Positions 26,480 to 36,740 of a stretch of DNA of 64,000 nucleotides are shown here, in pieces; positions within the stretch are counted from its first letter, which is position 1; each line of letters begins with the position of its first letter. The notes under the pieces are model-generated. The model was not told where the DNA came from. It saw nothing but the letters and a program-made list of their open reading frames with translations, and ran no database searches. Origin of the DNA: Escherichia phage T5. The position numbers and the translations under genes were made by a program. The DNA lies in the sequence record AY692264.1. One strand, written 5' to 3'.

Positions 26480-27262
26480 TTGATGAAAATCGAAATTCCA
26501 ACACAATGTCCCTCTTGTGGTTCTAAGCTAGATCTTGTCAACGGACAATTATTCTGTCGTAATAAGTCCAACTGTCCAGCGCAATCAAGTAAGTTAATTG
26601 AGAACTTCTGTACAAAAATGAAGTTAAAGGGCTTTGGCCCGAAAACTATTGAGAAGCTGGAGCTGACGAAGATTTCAGAACTATTTTACCTAACCGAAGA
26701 AGATTTGGTTAGAGCCGTGGGTAGCAAGGTTGCCGCTAAGTTAATTAGCGAATTAAATACTAAAGTTCGCGGAGACATTGACTTTGGTTCAGTTCTCGGT
26801 TCTTTAGGAATCCCTCTAATTGGAGAGGTTGCAGCAAAGAAATTATCCCAAAATTGCACTAGCTTTCAAGATGTGAAGGCTGACGGCAAGGCTGGAGAAA
26901 ACTATAAAGCCTGGCTAAATTCCCCACAAGGCAAGGATGTAATCGAATTACCGTGGAAATTCTCAAAGGGTATTAAGGGTGCTAAAGCTGAGGTCATCAT
27001 CACTGATGGTCTAGTAGCCCAGCCAAATGGAATCACGGTGTGTATTACCGGATCTTTGCAAGATTTTGCAAATCGAACGGATGCAACAAACTATTTAGAA
27101 GGTCTAGGATATACGGTTAAGAAATCCGTTACCAAAGACGTCAAATACCTAATCTGTGAGGATGAATCGAAGCGTTCTTCCTCATCTTATAAGAAAGCCG
27201 AAACGAATGGGATAGAAATCCTGTCGATTAAAGAACTATTGGAGAAAAATAATAATGTCTAA
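26480..27262 (+). CDS. ligB: NAD-dependent DNA ligase, C-terminal fragment
   Basis: 260 aa; Cys4 zinc finger CPSCGS...CRNKSNCPAQ, then HhH/BRCT-like region. Confidence 0.8.
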   Translation: MMKIEIPTQCPSCGSKLDLVNGQLFCRNKSNCPAQSSKLIENFCTKMKLKGFGPKTIEKLELTKISELFYLTEEDLVRAVGSKVAAKLISELNTKVRGDIDFGSVLGSLGIPLIGEVAAKKLSQNCTSFQDVKADGKAGENYKAWLNSPQGKDVIELPWKFSKGIKGAKAEVIITDGLVAQPNGITVCITGSLQDFANRTDATNYLEGLGYTVKKSVTKDVKYLICEDESKRSSSSYKKAETNGIEILSIKELLEKNNNV

Positions 27263-28022
27263 ACTGAACTGGAACGTAGAAGGTGTAACCGAGTCTCTGA
27301 AAGCAAAAGCCACTGCTCTGGGTGTTGATGTAATCTCTCAAGAACAAGTAGCTGCTATCGCTGCTGAACTGGCTGCTGAAACTGGCAAAGACGTTACCGC
27401 TCGCTCTGTTGGCTCTAAGCTGCGTAAAGAAGGTTTCGAAGTACAGAAAGCTAACGAAGTACAGAAATCCCCGTGGACTCCTGAGCAGGAAGCTGAACTG
27501 GTTGATTTCCTGAACGCTCATGCTGGTCAGTATACTTATGCTGAAATCGCTGCTGCTGTAGCTGGTGGTCAATTTGGTGCTAAGCAGGTACAGGGTAAGA
27601 TCCTGAGTCTGGAAATGACAGCATCTGTTAAGCCGACCGAAAAAGCTGCCGCTGTTCGTTCCTTCACTCCGGATGAAGAAACTGACTTTGTTAATCAGGT
27701 TGTTGCTGGTGCTACTATTGAAGCTATCGCTGCTCACTTCGGTCGCAATATTAAGCAGATCCGTGGTAAAGCTCTGAGTCTGCTTCGTGAAGGTCGTATC
27801 GCGGCTATGCCGGTACAGGAAACTTCAAGTGCTAAAACTCGTGAAGATCTGCTAGAAGGTCTGGATCTGGTTAACATGACCGTTGCTGAGATCGCTGAGA
27901 AAACTGGTAAGTCTGAGCGTGGTGTTAAATCTATGCTGTCTCGTCGTGGTCTGGTTGCTAAGGACTATGATGGTGCCGCTAAGCGTGCTAAACTGGATGC
28001 AAAAGCTGCGGCTGCTGAATAA
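27255..28022 (+). CDS. putative DNA-binding protein with three internal repeats
   Basis: 255 aa; three copies of a ~60-aa module ending ..RSVGSKLRKEG / ..IRGKALSLLREG / ..GVKSMLSRRG. Confidence 0.6.
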   Translation: MSKLNWNVEGVTESLKAKATALGVDVISQEQVAAIAAELAAETGKDVTARSVGSKLRKEGFEVQKANEVQKSPWTPEQEAELVDFLNAHAGQYTYAEIAAAVAGGQFGAKQVQGKILSLEMTASVKPTEKAAAVRSFTPDEETDFVNQVVAGATIEAIAAHFGRNIKQIRGKALSLLREGRIAAMPVQETSSAKTREDLLEGLDLVNMTVAEIAEKTGKSERGVKSMLSRRGLVAKDYDGAAKRAKLDAKAAAAE

Positions 28023-28039
28023 TCTGGTAAATTAAACCT

Positions 28040-28071
28040 AAGGGGAGGGGGCTATGCTCCTTCCCCTTTTT
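28040..28071 (+). terminator. rho-independent terminator before helicase gene
   Basis: G-rich/C-rich hairpin AAGGGGAGGGGG...CTCCTTCCCC followed by TTTTT. Confidence 0.55.
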
Positions 28072-28104
28072 GCATTTAGAAGGCACGAAAGCGTGCAAAG
28101 GAGA

Positions 28105-29577
28105 ATGACCTTGTTTAACGTGCAAGCTGTAGTGTTGAAGATGCTTCTAGCTTCCGAACAGAAGCAAATAGCATTGGAAACATTCTCAAAACTGCATAAA
28201 GATCATTTTAATGACGCTTTCTCCTCAATTTACCAAGCCGTCCAGAATTATTATAAAAAATATAACACAATGCCGTCCATTGACGCACTGATGCTTGAGG
28301 CTAATAGGAACGCCCGCCTTTCTCAAGCTCTAGTCGTTTTAGCTAACACTCAAATTCCAGAAGTTAGCATGGAACAGGCACTTGAAGTCCTAGAGGCCGA
28401 GTATACACAGGATTTATTCCTGAAGCTTCTAGAAACAGACGTGCTTCAAGATTTAACAATGCTGGATCAGGGAGAAATTCTTAACCGAGTTGCCTCCCTT
28501 CACTTAAAATTAGAAGAGAAAGTAACGAATACTGGAAAAGTATTCAACGCAGATAACATGCGTATTTTCCAGAGAGAAGAAGATACCAAACTGAACTTAA
28601 TCGCTCTTGGTATTTGTAATGAGTTCGACGCTCAAATTGGTTTAGCTCGCACAGAAACGTTACTGCTTGGTGGTTGGCGTGGTACTGGTAAATCCATTAT
28701 CTGTTCAAACATACAGGTTCAGCAATATTTGAATGGAGATATTGCTCCATACTTCTCAATTGAGATGAAAGAACATGAAGTATTTAGACGTAATCTAGCC
28801 ATGTTAGCTGGTGTATCAGCACTAGCAATGCGAAATAATACTCTAGAAGGTGCAGCTCTGTTGAGATTAGCCAGAACTAGAGCTAGAATGTTTAACGGTG
28901 GTGAAGAGCTTTTCGATAACTTCGTTAAACAATACACAATGGCTAAGATGAGTGATTTCTACGATATGGAAAGTAAGCTAATAGAAGGATATGAGCTACA
29001 TACTCCTATGATTATTGTTTATGATCCTGAGCTGTCTATTACAACAGTTGACGTAGAATTAAATAAATTAGTTGCTAGATATGGGGATAAAGTTACAGTA
29101 GCTTTACTTGACTATATTAACCAAACCCGACTTCCAGATTCTAAAACCATTGATATGTATGACTGGAAAGAACAGATGGTTGTTAGCTCGTCTTTCAAAT
29201 CCATCTGCCAGAAACATAACGTGGCTGGTGTAGCTCCTTACCAGATTGATCAAGATGGTAGAACACGTATGTCAAAAGGGATTCTTGATTCCGCAGACAT
29301 GGCTGCTAATCTTAATGCTGCAAAAGCTGATAATGGTCAAGGTGCTATTATGTTTGACTTCGTTAAGACCCGTTCTTCTGATAGCGTGAAGTTTATGCCT
29401 AAAATGAACTGGGAAACCCTGCGGATGGATAACACTACCAACCTAGCAATGGAAGATATATCTCAAATGGAAGCTGAGTTCGTTATCCCTATTGAGAAGG
29501 ATAAGCCGGCTCAATCTAAACGTGCTAAGAAAGACAAAGCTGAAAATTCAACAGGTGAACAGGCCAGCGATATATGA
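28105..29577 (+). CDS. DnaB-like replicative helicase
   Basis: Walker A GWRGTGKS, DnaB-like LLDYINQT; start moved to MTLFNV with AAAGGAGA RBS because the track start lies inside a terminator hairpin. Confidence 0.65.
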   Translation: MTLFNVQAVVLKMLLASEQKQIALETFSKLHKDHFNDAFSSIYQAVQNYYKKYNTMPSIDALMLEANRNARLSQALVVLANTQIPEVSMEQALEVLEAEYTQDLFLKLLETDVLQDLTMLDQGEILNRVASLHLKLEEKVTNTGKVFNADNMRIFQREEDTKLNLIALGICNEFDAQIGLARTETLLLGGWRGTGKSIICSNIQVQQYLNGDIAPYFSIEMKEHEVFRRNLAMLAGVSALAMRNNTLEGAALLRLARTRARMFNGGEELFDNFVKQYTMAKMSDFYDMESKLIEGYELHTPMIIVYDPELSITTVDVELNKLVARYGDKVTVALLDYINQTRLPDSKTIDMYDWKEQMVVSSSFKSICQKHNVAGVAPYQIDQDGRTRMSKGILDSADMAANLNAAKADNGQGAIMFDFVKTRSSDSVKFMPKMNWETLRMDNTTNLAMEDISQMEAEFVIPIEKDKPAQSKRAKKDKAENSTGEQASDI

Positions 29578-30107
29578 TAACACAGGAAAGGCTAAAAGAG
29601 TTATTTGATTACTCCCCAGGAACTGGGGAGTTTACTAGAAAAGTATCTAGAGGTAATCAGAAAGCTGGTAGTATAGTAACCAGAAAAGACTCTAACGGTT
29701 ATATAATTATTGGTATAGATGGCAAGGATTACAAAGCCCATCGGATGGCTTTTCTATTTATGGAAAATACATTACCGGAAAAAGTAGACCATGTAAATAG
29801 AATACCCTTTGATAATAGGTGGTGTAATCTAAGAGATGCCACAGCCCAGGAAAATAGTAGAAATAAAACCGCATGTAGTAAGTCTGGATACTTGGGAGTT
29901 GCTTGGGATATCGAAAAACAAAGATGGAGAGTTCAGGTAAGAGACTCTAATAGCACTCTTAAAAATGGTGGCAGATTTAAGTATGAGGAGCTAGAGCTAG
30001 CTGTAAATTCAGCAAATATACTAAGGACTAAGTTACATGGAGAACGTGCTGTTATAGAAATTTTTGATACATCTAATTATCCTTCACTGGAGGAGTTAAA
30101 TTCATGA
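29574..30107 (+). CDS. HNH homing endonuclease
   Basis: VDHVNRIPFDNRWCNLRDA HNH motif; ATGA overlaps with both neighbours. Confidence 0.8.
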   Translation: MITQERLKELFDYSPGTGEFTRKVSRGNQKAGSIVTRKDSNGYIIIGIDGKDYKAHRMAFLFMENTLPEKVDHVNRIPFDNRWCNLRDATAQENSRNKTACSKSGYLGVAWDIEKQRWRVQVRDSNSTLKNGGRFKYEELELAVNSANILRTKLHGERAVIEIFDTSNYPSLEELNS

Positions 30108-30994
30108 GTCGAATAACAGAATTACTTGATCTTAAGGGAATTGAGTATAAAGATACTGGTGGAGATATTTTAATCTGTTGTCTCAATCCAGATCATGACG
30201 ATAAACACCCAAGTTTGCGTATTGACCCTGAAACAGGTATTATGCACTGCTTGAGTTGTGGCTTCGGTAAAGGTATACCGAGCATTTACCATTATTTTAA
30301 TGAGACTCAGTACCGACAGTCCCCAAGGCTATCGCAAGTACGTAAAAAGATTTCAGAGATTAGGAATGGATCAACGAATCTTGCAATTCCTGAATCTGCT
30401 TACCTTTTCGAAGGTGATTTCCGAGGTATAAGTTCTAAGACCTTGAAGAAATATTTTGCTTTCCAACACCAAGCAGACTGGGAAGGCAGAATTGTATTCC
30501 CAATCACAGATGCTGTTGGACGCAATATCCTATTTTTGGGTCGTTCTATAAACAGTTCTGCCCCTCCTAAATACTTAGTAAAACCAAAACAAGTTTCACC
30601 ACCAATTTTTCCTGTACGATATAATACTCCGGTTCTTATTCTAGTTGAAGGCATCTTTGATATGCTGAACCTAGAGGATAATGGTATAGACTATGCTTCT
30701 TGCTGCTTTGGTACACATCAGTTTACTTCGGATAACATTGCAGATAAGTTCAGTCCTTATATTATTGCCGGTGTAAAAATTGTTGTTATCTTACTAGATA
30801 ATGATGCTTCTGGTAATAAAGCTGCACAAGCATTGGCCAAGCTAATTCGTACAAAAACGCGTTTAACACCTGTAGTTGCTAACTTTCTTCTGCCTGAAGG
30901 TAAAGACCCGGGTGACTTAAATAAAGAAGAGATTGATACGTTAGCAAAACGTATTGAAATTTTAGTTGCTGAATCGCTTAAAGATTTGGTATAA
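30104..30994 (+). CDS. DnaG-like DNA primase
   Basis: Zinc ribbon CLNPDHDDKHPS...HCLSCG; TOPRIM motifs LVEGIFD and LLDNDASG. Confidence 0.8.
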   Translation: MSRITELLDLKGIEYKDTGGDILICCLNPDHDDKHPSLRIDPETGIMHCLSCGFGKGIPSIYHYFNETQYRQSPRLSQVRKKISEIRNGSTNLAIPESAYLFEGDFRGISSKTLKKYFAFQHQADWEGRIVFPITDAVGRNILFLGRSINSSAPPKYLVKPKQVSPPIFPVRYNTPVLILVEGIFDMLNLEDNGIDYASCCFGTHQFTSDNIADKFSPYIIAGVKIVVILLDNDASGNKAAQALAKLIRTKTRLTPVVANFLLPEGKDPGDLNKEEIDTLAKRIEILVAESLKDLV

Positions 30995-30995
30995 T
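30965..30995 (+). promoter_or_regulatory. candidate promoter for DNA polymerase
   Basis: TTGCTG-19-TATAAT; non-optimal spacer. Confidence 0.35.
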
Positions 30996-31056
30996 ATATT
31001 GGTAAGTTAGAGAAGAAACACTGAAGTTATACTTACTTACCAAGAGGAGATTAAAT

Positions 31057-33624
31057 TTGAAAATCGCAGTAGTTGATAAAGCTCTAAACAACACTCGTTA
31101 TGATAAACATTTCCAGCTATACGGCGAGGAAGTTGATGTATTCCATATGTGTAACGAGAAGTTGTCCGGTCGTTTGCTCAAAAAGCATATTACTATCGGA
31201 ACTCCGGAAAACCCATTTGACCCGAATGATTATGATTTTGTTATACTGGTAGGTGCCGAACCTTTCCTGTACTTTGCAGGTAAGAAAGGTATTGGTGATT
31301 ATACCGGTAAACGTGTAGAGTATAATGGATATGCTAACTGGATTGCGAGTATCAGCCCAGCCCAGTTACACTTTAAACCTGAAATGAAACCAGTTTTTGA
31401 TGCAACAGTAGAGAATATCCACGATATTATCAATGGTCGTGAGAAGATTGCAAAAGCTGGTGATTACCGTCCTATTACTGACCCTGATGAGGCTGAAGAA
31501 TATATCAAGATGGTGTATAATATGGTTATCGGACCCGTCGCATTCGACTCCGAAACCTCAGCACTATACTGTCGAGATGGTTATCTGCTTGGTGTTTCTA
31601 TTTCTCACCAAGAGTATCAGGGTGTATATATCGATTCTGATTGTCTCACAGAGGTTGCAGTATATTATCTCCAGAAAATTCTGGATAGTGAAAACCACAC
31701 TATTGTTTTTCACAACTTGAAGTTTGATATGCACTTTTATAAGTACCATCTGGGACTTACTTTTGATAAAGCACATAAAGAACGCAGGCTCCATGATACC
31801 ATGTTGCAGCACTATGTTTTAGATGAACGTCGTGGTACTCATGGCTTGAAATCTCTAGCAATGAAGTATACCGATATGGGTGACTATGACTTCGAACTAG
31901 ATAAGTTCAAAGATGATTACTGTAAAGCACATAAAATCAAGAAAGAAGATTTCACCTATGATTTAATTCCGTTTGATATTATGTGGCCATATGCTGCGAA
32001 AGATACGGATGCCACTATACGTTTGCACAACTTCTTTTTACCAAAAATTGAGAAGAATGAAAAACTTTGCAGTCTGTATTACGATGTTTTGATGCCTGGT
32101 TGCGTATTCTTGCAACGTGTTGAGGATCGTGGAGTACCTATCTCTATTGATCGTTTGAAAGAAGCTCAGTATCAGTTGACTCATAATTTGAATAAAGCCC
32201 GTGAGAAACTGTACACTTATCCAGAAGTTAAACAGCTAGAACAAGATCAGAATGAAGCATTTAACCCGAACTCTGTTAAGCAGCTACGTGTTCTTCTGTT
32301 TGATTACGTTGGCTTAACTCCAACAGGTAAACTGACGGATACTGGAGCAGATTCTACGGATGCAGAAGCTCTAAATGAACTGGCTACGCAGCATCCAATT
32401 GCTAAAACTCTGCTAGAGATTCGTAAGCTGACTAAGCTGATCTCTACTTATGTTGAGAAGATTCTACTGAGTATTGATGCAGATGGTTGCATTCGTACTG
32501 GTTTCCATGAACATATGACTACTTCTGGTCGTCTGAGTTCTTCTGGTAAACTGAACCTGCAACAGTTACCCCGTGATGAATCTATTATCAAGGGTTGTGT
32601 AATAGCTCCTCCTGGGTATCGTGTAATCGCGTGGGACTTAACAACTGCGGAAGTTTATTATGCTGCTGTTCTATCTGGTGATAGAAATATGCAACAGGTA
32701 TTTATCAACATGAGAAATGAACCCGATAAATACCCAGACTTCCACTCCAACATCGCACACATGGTGTTTAAGCTGCAATGCGAACCCCGTGATGTTAAAA
32801 AGCTGTTCCCAGCTCTGCGTCAGGCTGCTAAAGCAATCACCTTCGGTATTCTGTATGGTTCTGGCCCAGCTAAAGTAGCGCATTCTGTTAACGAAGCATT
32901 ACTAGAACAAGCAGCCAAGACGGGCGAACCGTTTGTTGAATGTACTGTTGCAGATGCTAAAGAGTACATTGAGACTTACTTCGGTCAGTTCCCACAGCTT
33001 AAGCGTTGGATTGATAAGTGCCACGATCAGATCAAGAATCATGGATTTATCTATAGTCACTTTGGTCGTAAACGTCGTCTGCATAATATCCATTCCGAAG
33101 ACCGTGGTGTTCAGGGTGAAGAAATTCGTTCTGGATTTAATGCAATCATTCAGTCTGCTTCTTCTGATAGTCTCCTTTTAGGTGCTGTAGATGCAGATAA
33201 TGAGATCATTTCTCTTGGTTTAGAACAAGAGATGAAGATTGTTATGTTGGTTCATGACTCCGTAGTTGCTATTGTTCGTGAGGATTTGATCGACCAATAC
33301 AATGAAATCCTGATTCGTAATATTCAGAAAGACCGTGGTATCAGTATTCCTGGCTGTCCGATTGGTATTGATTCAGATTCTGAAGCTGGAGGTTCTCGTG
33401 ACTATTCTTGTGGTAAGATGAAGAAACAGCACCCATCAATCGCTTGTATTGATGATGATGAATATACTCGTTATGTCAAGGGTGTATTACTTGATGCAGA
33501 ATTCGAGTATAAGAAACTAGCTGCAATGGATAAAGAGCATCCAGATCATAGCAAATACAAGGATGATAAGTTTATTGCTGTATGTAAAGATTTGGATAAC
33601 GTGAAAAGGATTCTCGGTGCTTGA
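31057..33624 (+). CDS. family A DNA polymerase with 3'-5' exonuclease domain
   Basis: 855 aa; Exo I DSETSALY; Pol motif B RQAAKAITFGILYGSG; motif C LVHDS. Confidence 0.9.
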   Translation: MKIAVVDKALNNTRYDKHFQLYGEEVDVFHMCNEKLSGRLLKKHITIGTPENPFDPNDYDFVILVGAEPFLYFAGKKGIGDYTGKRVEYNGYANWIASISPAQLHFKPEMKPVFDATVENIHDIINGREKIAKAGDYRPITDPDEAEEYIKMVYNMVIGPVAFDSETSALYCRDGYLLGVSISHQEYQGVYIDSDCLTEVAVYYLQKILDSENHTIVFHNLKFDMHFYKYHLGLTFDKAHKERRLHDTMLQHYVLDERRGTHGLKSLAMKYTDMGDYDFELDKFKDDYCKAHKIKKEDFTYDLIPFDIMWPYAAKDTDATIRLHNFFLPKIEKNEKLCSLYYDVLMPGCVFLQRVEDRGVPISIDRLKEAQYQLTHNLNKAREKLYTYPEVKQLEQDQNEAFNPNSVKQLRVLLFDYVGLTPTGKLTDTGADSTDAEALNELATQHPIAKTLLEIRKLTKLISTYVEKILLSIDADGCIRTGFHEHMTTSGRLSSSGKLNLQQLPRDESIIKGCVIAPPGYRVIAWDLTTAEVYYAAVLSGDRNMQQVFINMRNEPDKYPDFHSNIAHMVFKLQCEPRDVKKLFPALRQAAKAITFGILYGSGPAKVAHSVNEALLEQAAKTGEPFVECTVADAKEYIETYFGQFPQLKRWIDKCHDQIKNHGFIYSHFGRKRRLHNIHSEDRGVQGEEIRSGFNAIIQSASSDSLLLGAVDADNEIISLGLEQEMKIVMLVHDSVVAIVREDLIDQYNEILIRNIQKDRGISIPGCPIGIDSDSEAGGSRDYSCGKMKKQHPSIACIDDDEYTRYVKGVLLDAEFEYKKLAAMDKEHPDHSKYKDDKFIAVCKDLDNVKRILGA

Positions 33625-34114
33625 TTTCAAATTGCCCGTCTATGCGTTACGGGCGTTTGTATCAATTGAGCAAGAAGGTGATTATTCCGTAATTACAACA
33701 AGATATAATAAATATGTGCTAGATAACAGGAAGTTGCCTGGCACGTTTTCTCAACGTAGGCTTATTCTATTTGAGAAACGGAAAGAATTACCATACAAGC
33801 TCTATCCTATTAGGGGTAGAATATCAATGTTGTCTCAATTAGTTGGGTCAAAGCGTAACCAATTTATAGATTCTGATGGAAATCTTATTAATTGGAAGAA
33901 AACTACGTTCTATGATGTTGTCACCTCTAAAGTTTTGCATTCAGCTAGAATTTATAATGGAAAATACCAATGCTATGTGGCTAAAGTCCCTTATCCATTT
34001 GTATTATCCTATGTTCCAGCTTATATAAGCTATATTCTGGTAAATAATAGCCCTGTTATTTATCAAGTCCATCAAGAGGAGCCTGAAATTCCTAGACTTA
34101 GAATAAAATTATGA
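33617..34114 (+). CDS. hypothetical protein
   Basis: GTG start overlapping polymerase stop; an alternative ATG at about 33827 has a GGGGT RBS. Confidence 0.45.
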   Translation: MLDFKLPVYALRAFVSIEQEGDYSVITTRYNKYVLDNRKLPGTFSQRRLILFEKRKELPYKLYPIRGRISMLSQLVGSKRNQFIDSDGNLINWKKTTFYDVVTSKVLHSARIYNGKYQCYVAKVPYPFVLSYVPAYISYILVNNSPVIYQVHQEEPEIPRLRIKL

Positions 34115-35463
34115 AGGTTGTTATATCTAATAAAGCCTATTTCAAGCCCGATGATGAACTTTGGGATTATTGTAGTAAGCAAACCACTTATCACATAGAG
34201 ACAATGACTAGTAAATACCCTATTATGTATAAGAATAGTGGTGTTGTTGCCAAAGAGATTAAGTGGATTCCTATTACGCGTCTGGACTTATTAGATGCTA
34301 AAGGAATAAAATACGAATTAGTCGATAAACGCACACTAGCACCGGTAGATATACCAAAACCTAAGTTCAAGCTGCGTGAAGAAGATCAGCTTCCAATATA
34401 CGAAGAATGCGATGATACCTGTATTATTAATGGTAAGCCTGGGTTTGGTAAAACTATCCTAGCACTTGCACTTGCGTATAAATTTGGCCAGAAAACTTTA
34501 GTAATCTGTACGAATACATCCATTCGTGAAATGTGGGCGGCAGAAGTTCGTAAATGGTTTGGGTTTGAACCAGGTATCATAGGTTCTGGGAAATACAATA
34601 TTGATCCGCCAATTGTAGTCAGTAATATTCAAACAGTGAATAAACATGCGAATAATCTTTCTAAAGTATTCGGTACTGTTATAGTTGATGAAGTTCACCA
34701 TTGTGTGGCTACAACTTTCACTAACTTCCTAGAAATATCATGTGCTCGCTATAAAATTGGACTATCCGGTACACTAAAACGAAAAGACGGTTTACAAGTT
34801 ATGTTCAAAGATTTCTTTGGATATAAGATATTTAGCCCGCCGGTTAATAATACTGTTGCACCTACAATCCATAGGTACTCCGTGCCTGTTGAGCTATCAG
34901 GAAACCAAAACGTACCGTGGGCATTACGTGCTAACGATGTGTATAATCATCCTGAATATCGAGAGACTATTATAAACCTAGCACATTTATATGTGAATAT
35001 GGGACATAAAGTACTCATTGTAAGTGATAGAACAGAGTTAATCCAAACAATACTAGAAGCTTTTACACAGCGTGGTGTTACAACCTATGAAATTATAGGA
35101 GCAACCCACTTAGATGACCGATTAAAAATTCAGGAAGATATAGCAAAAGGCGGGCCGTGTGTGCTTGCAGCAGCTCAAAGCATCTTCTCTGAAGGTATTT
35201 CACTTAACGAGCTGTCTTGTTTAATAATGGGAAGCCTCATTAATAATGAATCTCTCATTGAACAGCTTGCAGGCCGTGTTCAACGTATTGTCGAGGGTAA
35301 ACTCGACCCAATCGTTGTAGATCTAATTATGAAAGGTGGCACTGGGTTAAGGCAGGCTTCTGGACGTATGGCAGTATATCGTAACAACGGGTGGAAAACT
35401 ATTACTATGACTCCGGAGAAAGCAGTTCAATTAGCTAAAATTGCATTTGGCAACAGCTCATAA
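34111..35463 (+). CDS. SF2 DEAH-box helicase (T5 D10-like)
   Basis: 450 aa; Walker A GKPGFGKT, motif II VDEVHH. Confidence 0.8.
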   Translation: MKVVISNKAYFKPDDELWDYCSKQTTYHIETMTSKYPIMYKNSGVVAKEIKWIPITRLDLLDAKGIKYELVDKRTLAPVDIPKPKFKLREEDQLPIYEECDDTCIINGKPGFGKTILALALAYKFGQKTLVICTNTSIREMWAAEVRKWFGFEPGIIGSGKYNIDPPIVVSNIQTVNKHANNLSKVFGTVIVDEVHHCVATTFTNFLEISCARYKIGLSGTLKRKDGLQVMFKDFFGYKIFSPPVNNTVAPTIHRYSVPVELSGNQNVPWALRANDVYNHPEYRETIINLAHLYVNMGHKVLIVSDRTELIQTILEAFTQRGVTTYEIIGATHLDDRLKIQEDIAKGGPCVLAAAQSIFSEGISLNELSCLIMGSLINNESLIEQLAGRVQRIVEGKLDPIVVDLIMKGGTGLRQASGRMAVYRNNGWKTITMTPEKAVQLAKIAFGNSS

Positions 35464-35546
35464 ATGATGTATAATATATACATAAATTTGAGAGAGAAAG
35501 TTTCGGATTGATAAGAAAGTCCGAAGCAGAAAAATAAAAATTTTAG

Positions 35547-35576
35547 TTGCTAAATTCTCTCGAAATCTAGTATAAT
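35547..35576 (+). promoter_or_regulatory. sigma70-type promoter
   Basis: TTGCTA-18-TATAAT; a second TATAAT box lies ~100 bp upstream at about 35470. Confidence 0.55.
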
Positions 35577-35683
35577 ATATACATAAATTCGAGGAGAAAA
35601 CAAAAATTAAATTCTTCGATTATGAAAAGCTATACTTACTAGCTAGAGGAAATTCCGACCTAATTATTAAGCTATTCAAAAGA

Positions 35684-35968
35684 ATGCTTACAGAGCCTGA
35701 TGCTCACCAATTATTGGTCGGTTCCTCATTCATTTTGAATGAATCAACAATAGTTGATAATCCAAATAAATTGTCTAATAGGCAACTGGCAGAATATCTA
35801 GGAATTTTAAGTCTACGAAATTATGCCGAATACAAGTTTACAAACGATCCTAGTTTGGACATACAATATGTTCCAGTATGGATACCACGTTTAGTAATCG
35901 ACACTAACCCACTAATCGCAATTAACAAATCGAAATTAATCTTTAAAGAGGAAATAAAATATGGCTAA
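35684..35968 (+). CDS. hypothetical protein (94 aa)
   Basis: ORF downstream of a consensus promoter; no clear RBS at the ATG. Confidence 0.4.
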   Translation: MLTEPDAHQLLVGSSFILNESTIVDNPNKLSNRQLAEYLGILSLRNYAEYKFTNDPSLDIQYVPVWIPRLVIDTNPLIAINKSKLIFKEEIKYG

Positions 35969-36734
35969 GTCTTGGGGCGAAACTACTGGCGGTTCTAACG
36001 ATAAAATCGAATTCCTGAAGTTCAACAACGGTATCACTCGTGTTCGTATCGTTTCTGGTGTTCTTCCACGTTATGTCTATTGGCTGACTAATAAAGAGGG
36101 TAGCGTAGCTCCTTTCGAATGTCTCCGTTTTAACCGTGACAAAGAGAGCTTTGTTCGTGGTAAAGCTGATCCGGTTCATGAGTTGGGCTTCTTTGAGAAA
36201 GAGCTGGATAAAGATGGCAATCGTGTACCGCTGAAACCGAAGAAAAACTATATCGCTTTTGTTATCGACCGTTCTGATAACAAACTGAAAGTAATGGAAG
36301 TCAAAGCTACTATTCTGAAAGGCATCCAGTCTATCATGAAGCAGTTGAATCTGGCAACTCCGTTTGATATTGATATTTCTATCGAGAAAAAAGGCAAAGG
36401 TTTCGATACTGAGTATGATGTACAGCAGATTGCTGCTATGCAGTTCCAGATTAAGCTGCAAGATCCTAACAGTGCAGAATCTAAGCAATATGCTGCAGAT
36501 GTAGATCTGATTGGTGAAGCTATGTGTGACGAAGATGGCGACATCATTAAGTTCGAGAAAGTTCCTTCTCTGGAACAAACCTATCCGGTTCCTACCTATG
36601 AAGAGCAGAAAGAAGCAATTCAAGCCTTCATGGAAGGTCGTGAGAATAAAGATGACGATGCCAAGTCTGGTAACAGCAATGCTGGTTCTCAGAAAGGTAT
36701 TGACCAGGAAGCTGCAAGCGATCTGGATGACTAA
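35961..36734 (+). CDS. putative ssDNA-binding protein (acidic C-terminal tail)
   Basis: 257 aa; AAAGAGGAAA RBS; acidic C-terminus ...EAASDLDD typical of SSB-type proteins; function inferred. Confidence 0.5.
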   Translation: MAKSWGETTGGSNDKIEFLKFNNGITRVRIVSGVLPRYVYWLTNKEGSVAPFECLRFNRDKESFVRGKADPVHELGFFEKELDKDGNRVPLKPKKNYIAFVIDRSDNKLKVMEVKATILKGIQSIMKQLNLATPFDIDISIEKKGKGFDTEYDVQQIAAMQFQIKLQDPNSAESKQYAADVDLIGEAMCDEDGDIIKFEKVPSLEQTYPVPTYEEQKEAIQAFMEGRENKDDDAKSGNSNAGSQKGIDQEAASDLDD

Positions 36735-36740
36735 TAAATA

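Noticed and set aside
28054-28104. Track start codon for the DnaB-like helicase
   Set aside because: It lies inside the terminator hairpin after the preceding gene; the internal ATG at 28105 has a proper AAAGGAGA RBS.
35441-35475. Complete promoter call for the first TATAAT box upstream of the 35684 ORF
   Set aside because: The nearest -35-like hexamer (TTGCAT) is 23 bp away; only the -10 box is convincing, so it is described in a finding rather than listed as a feature.
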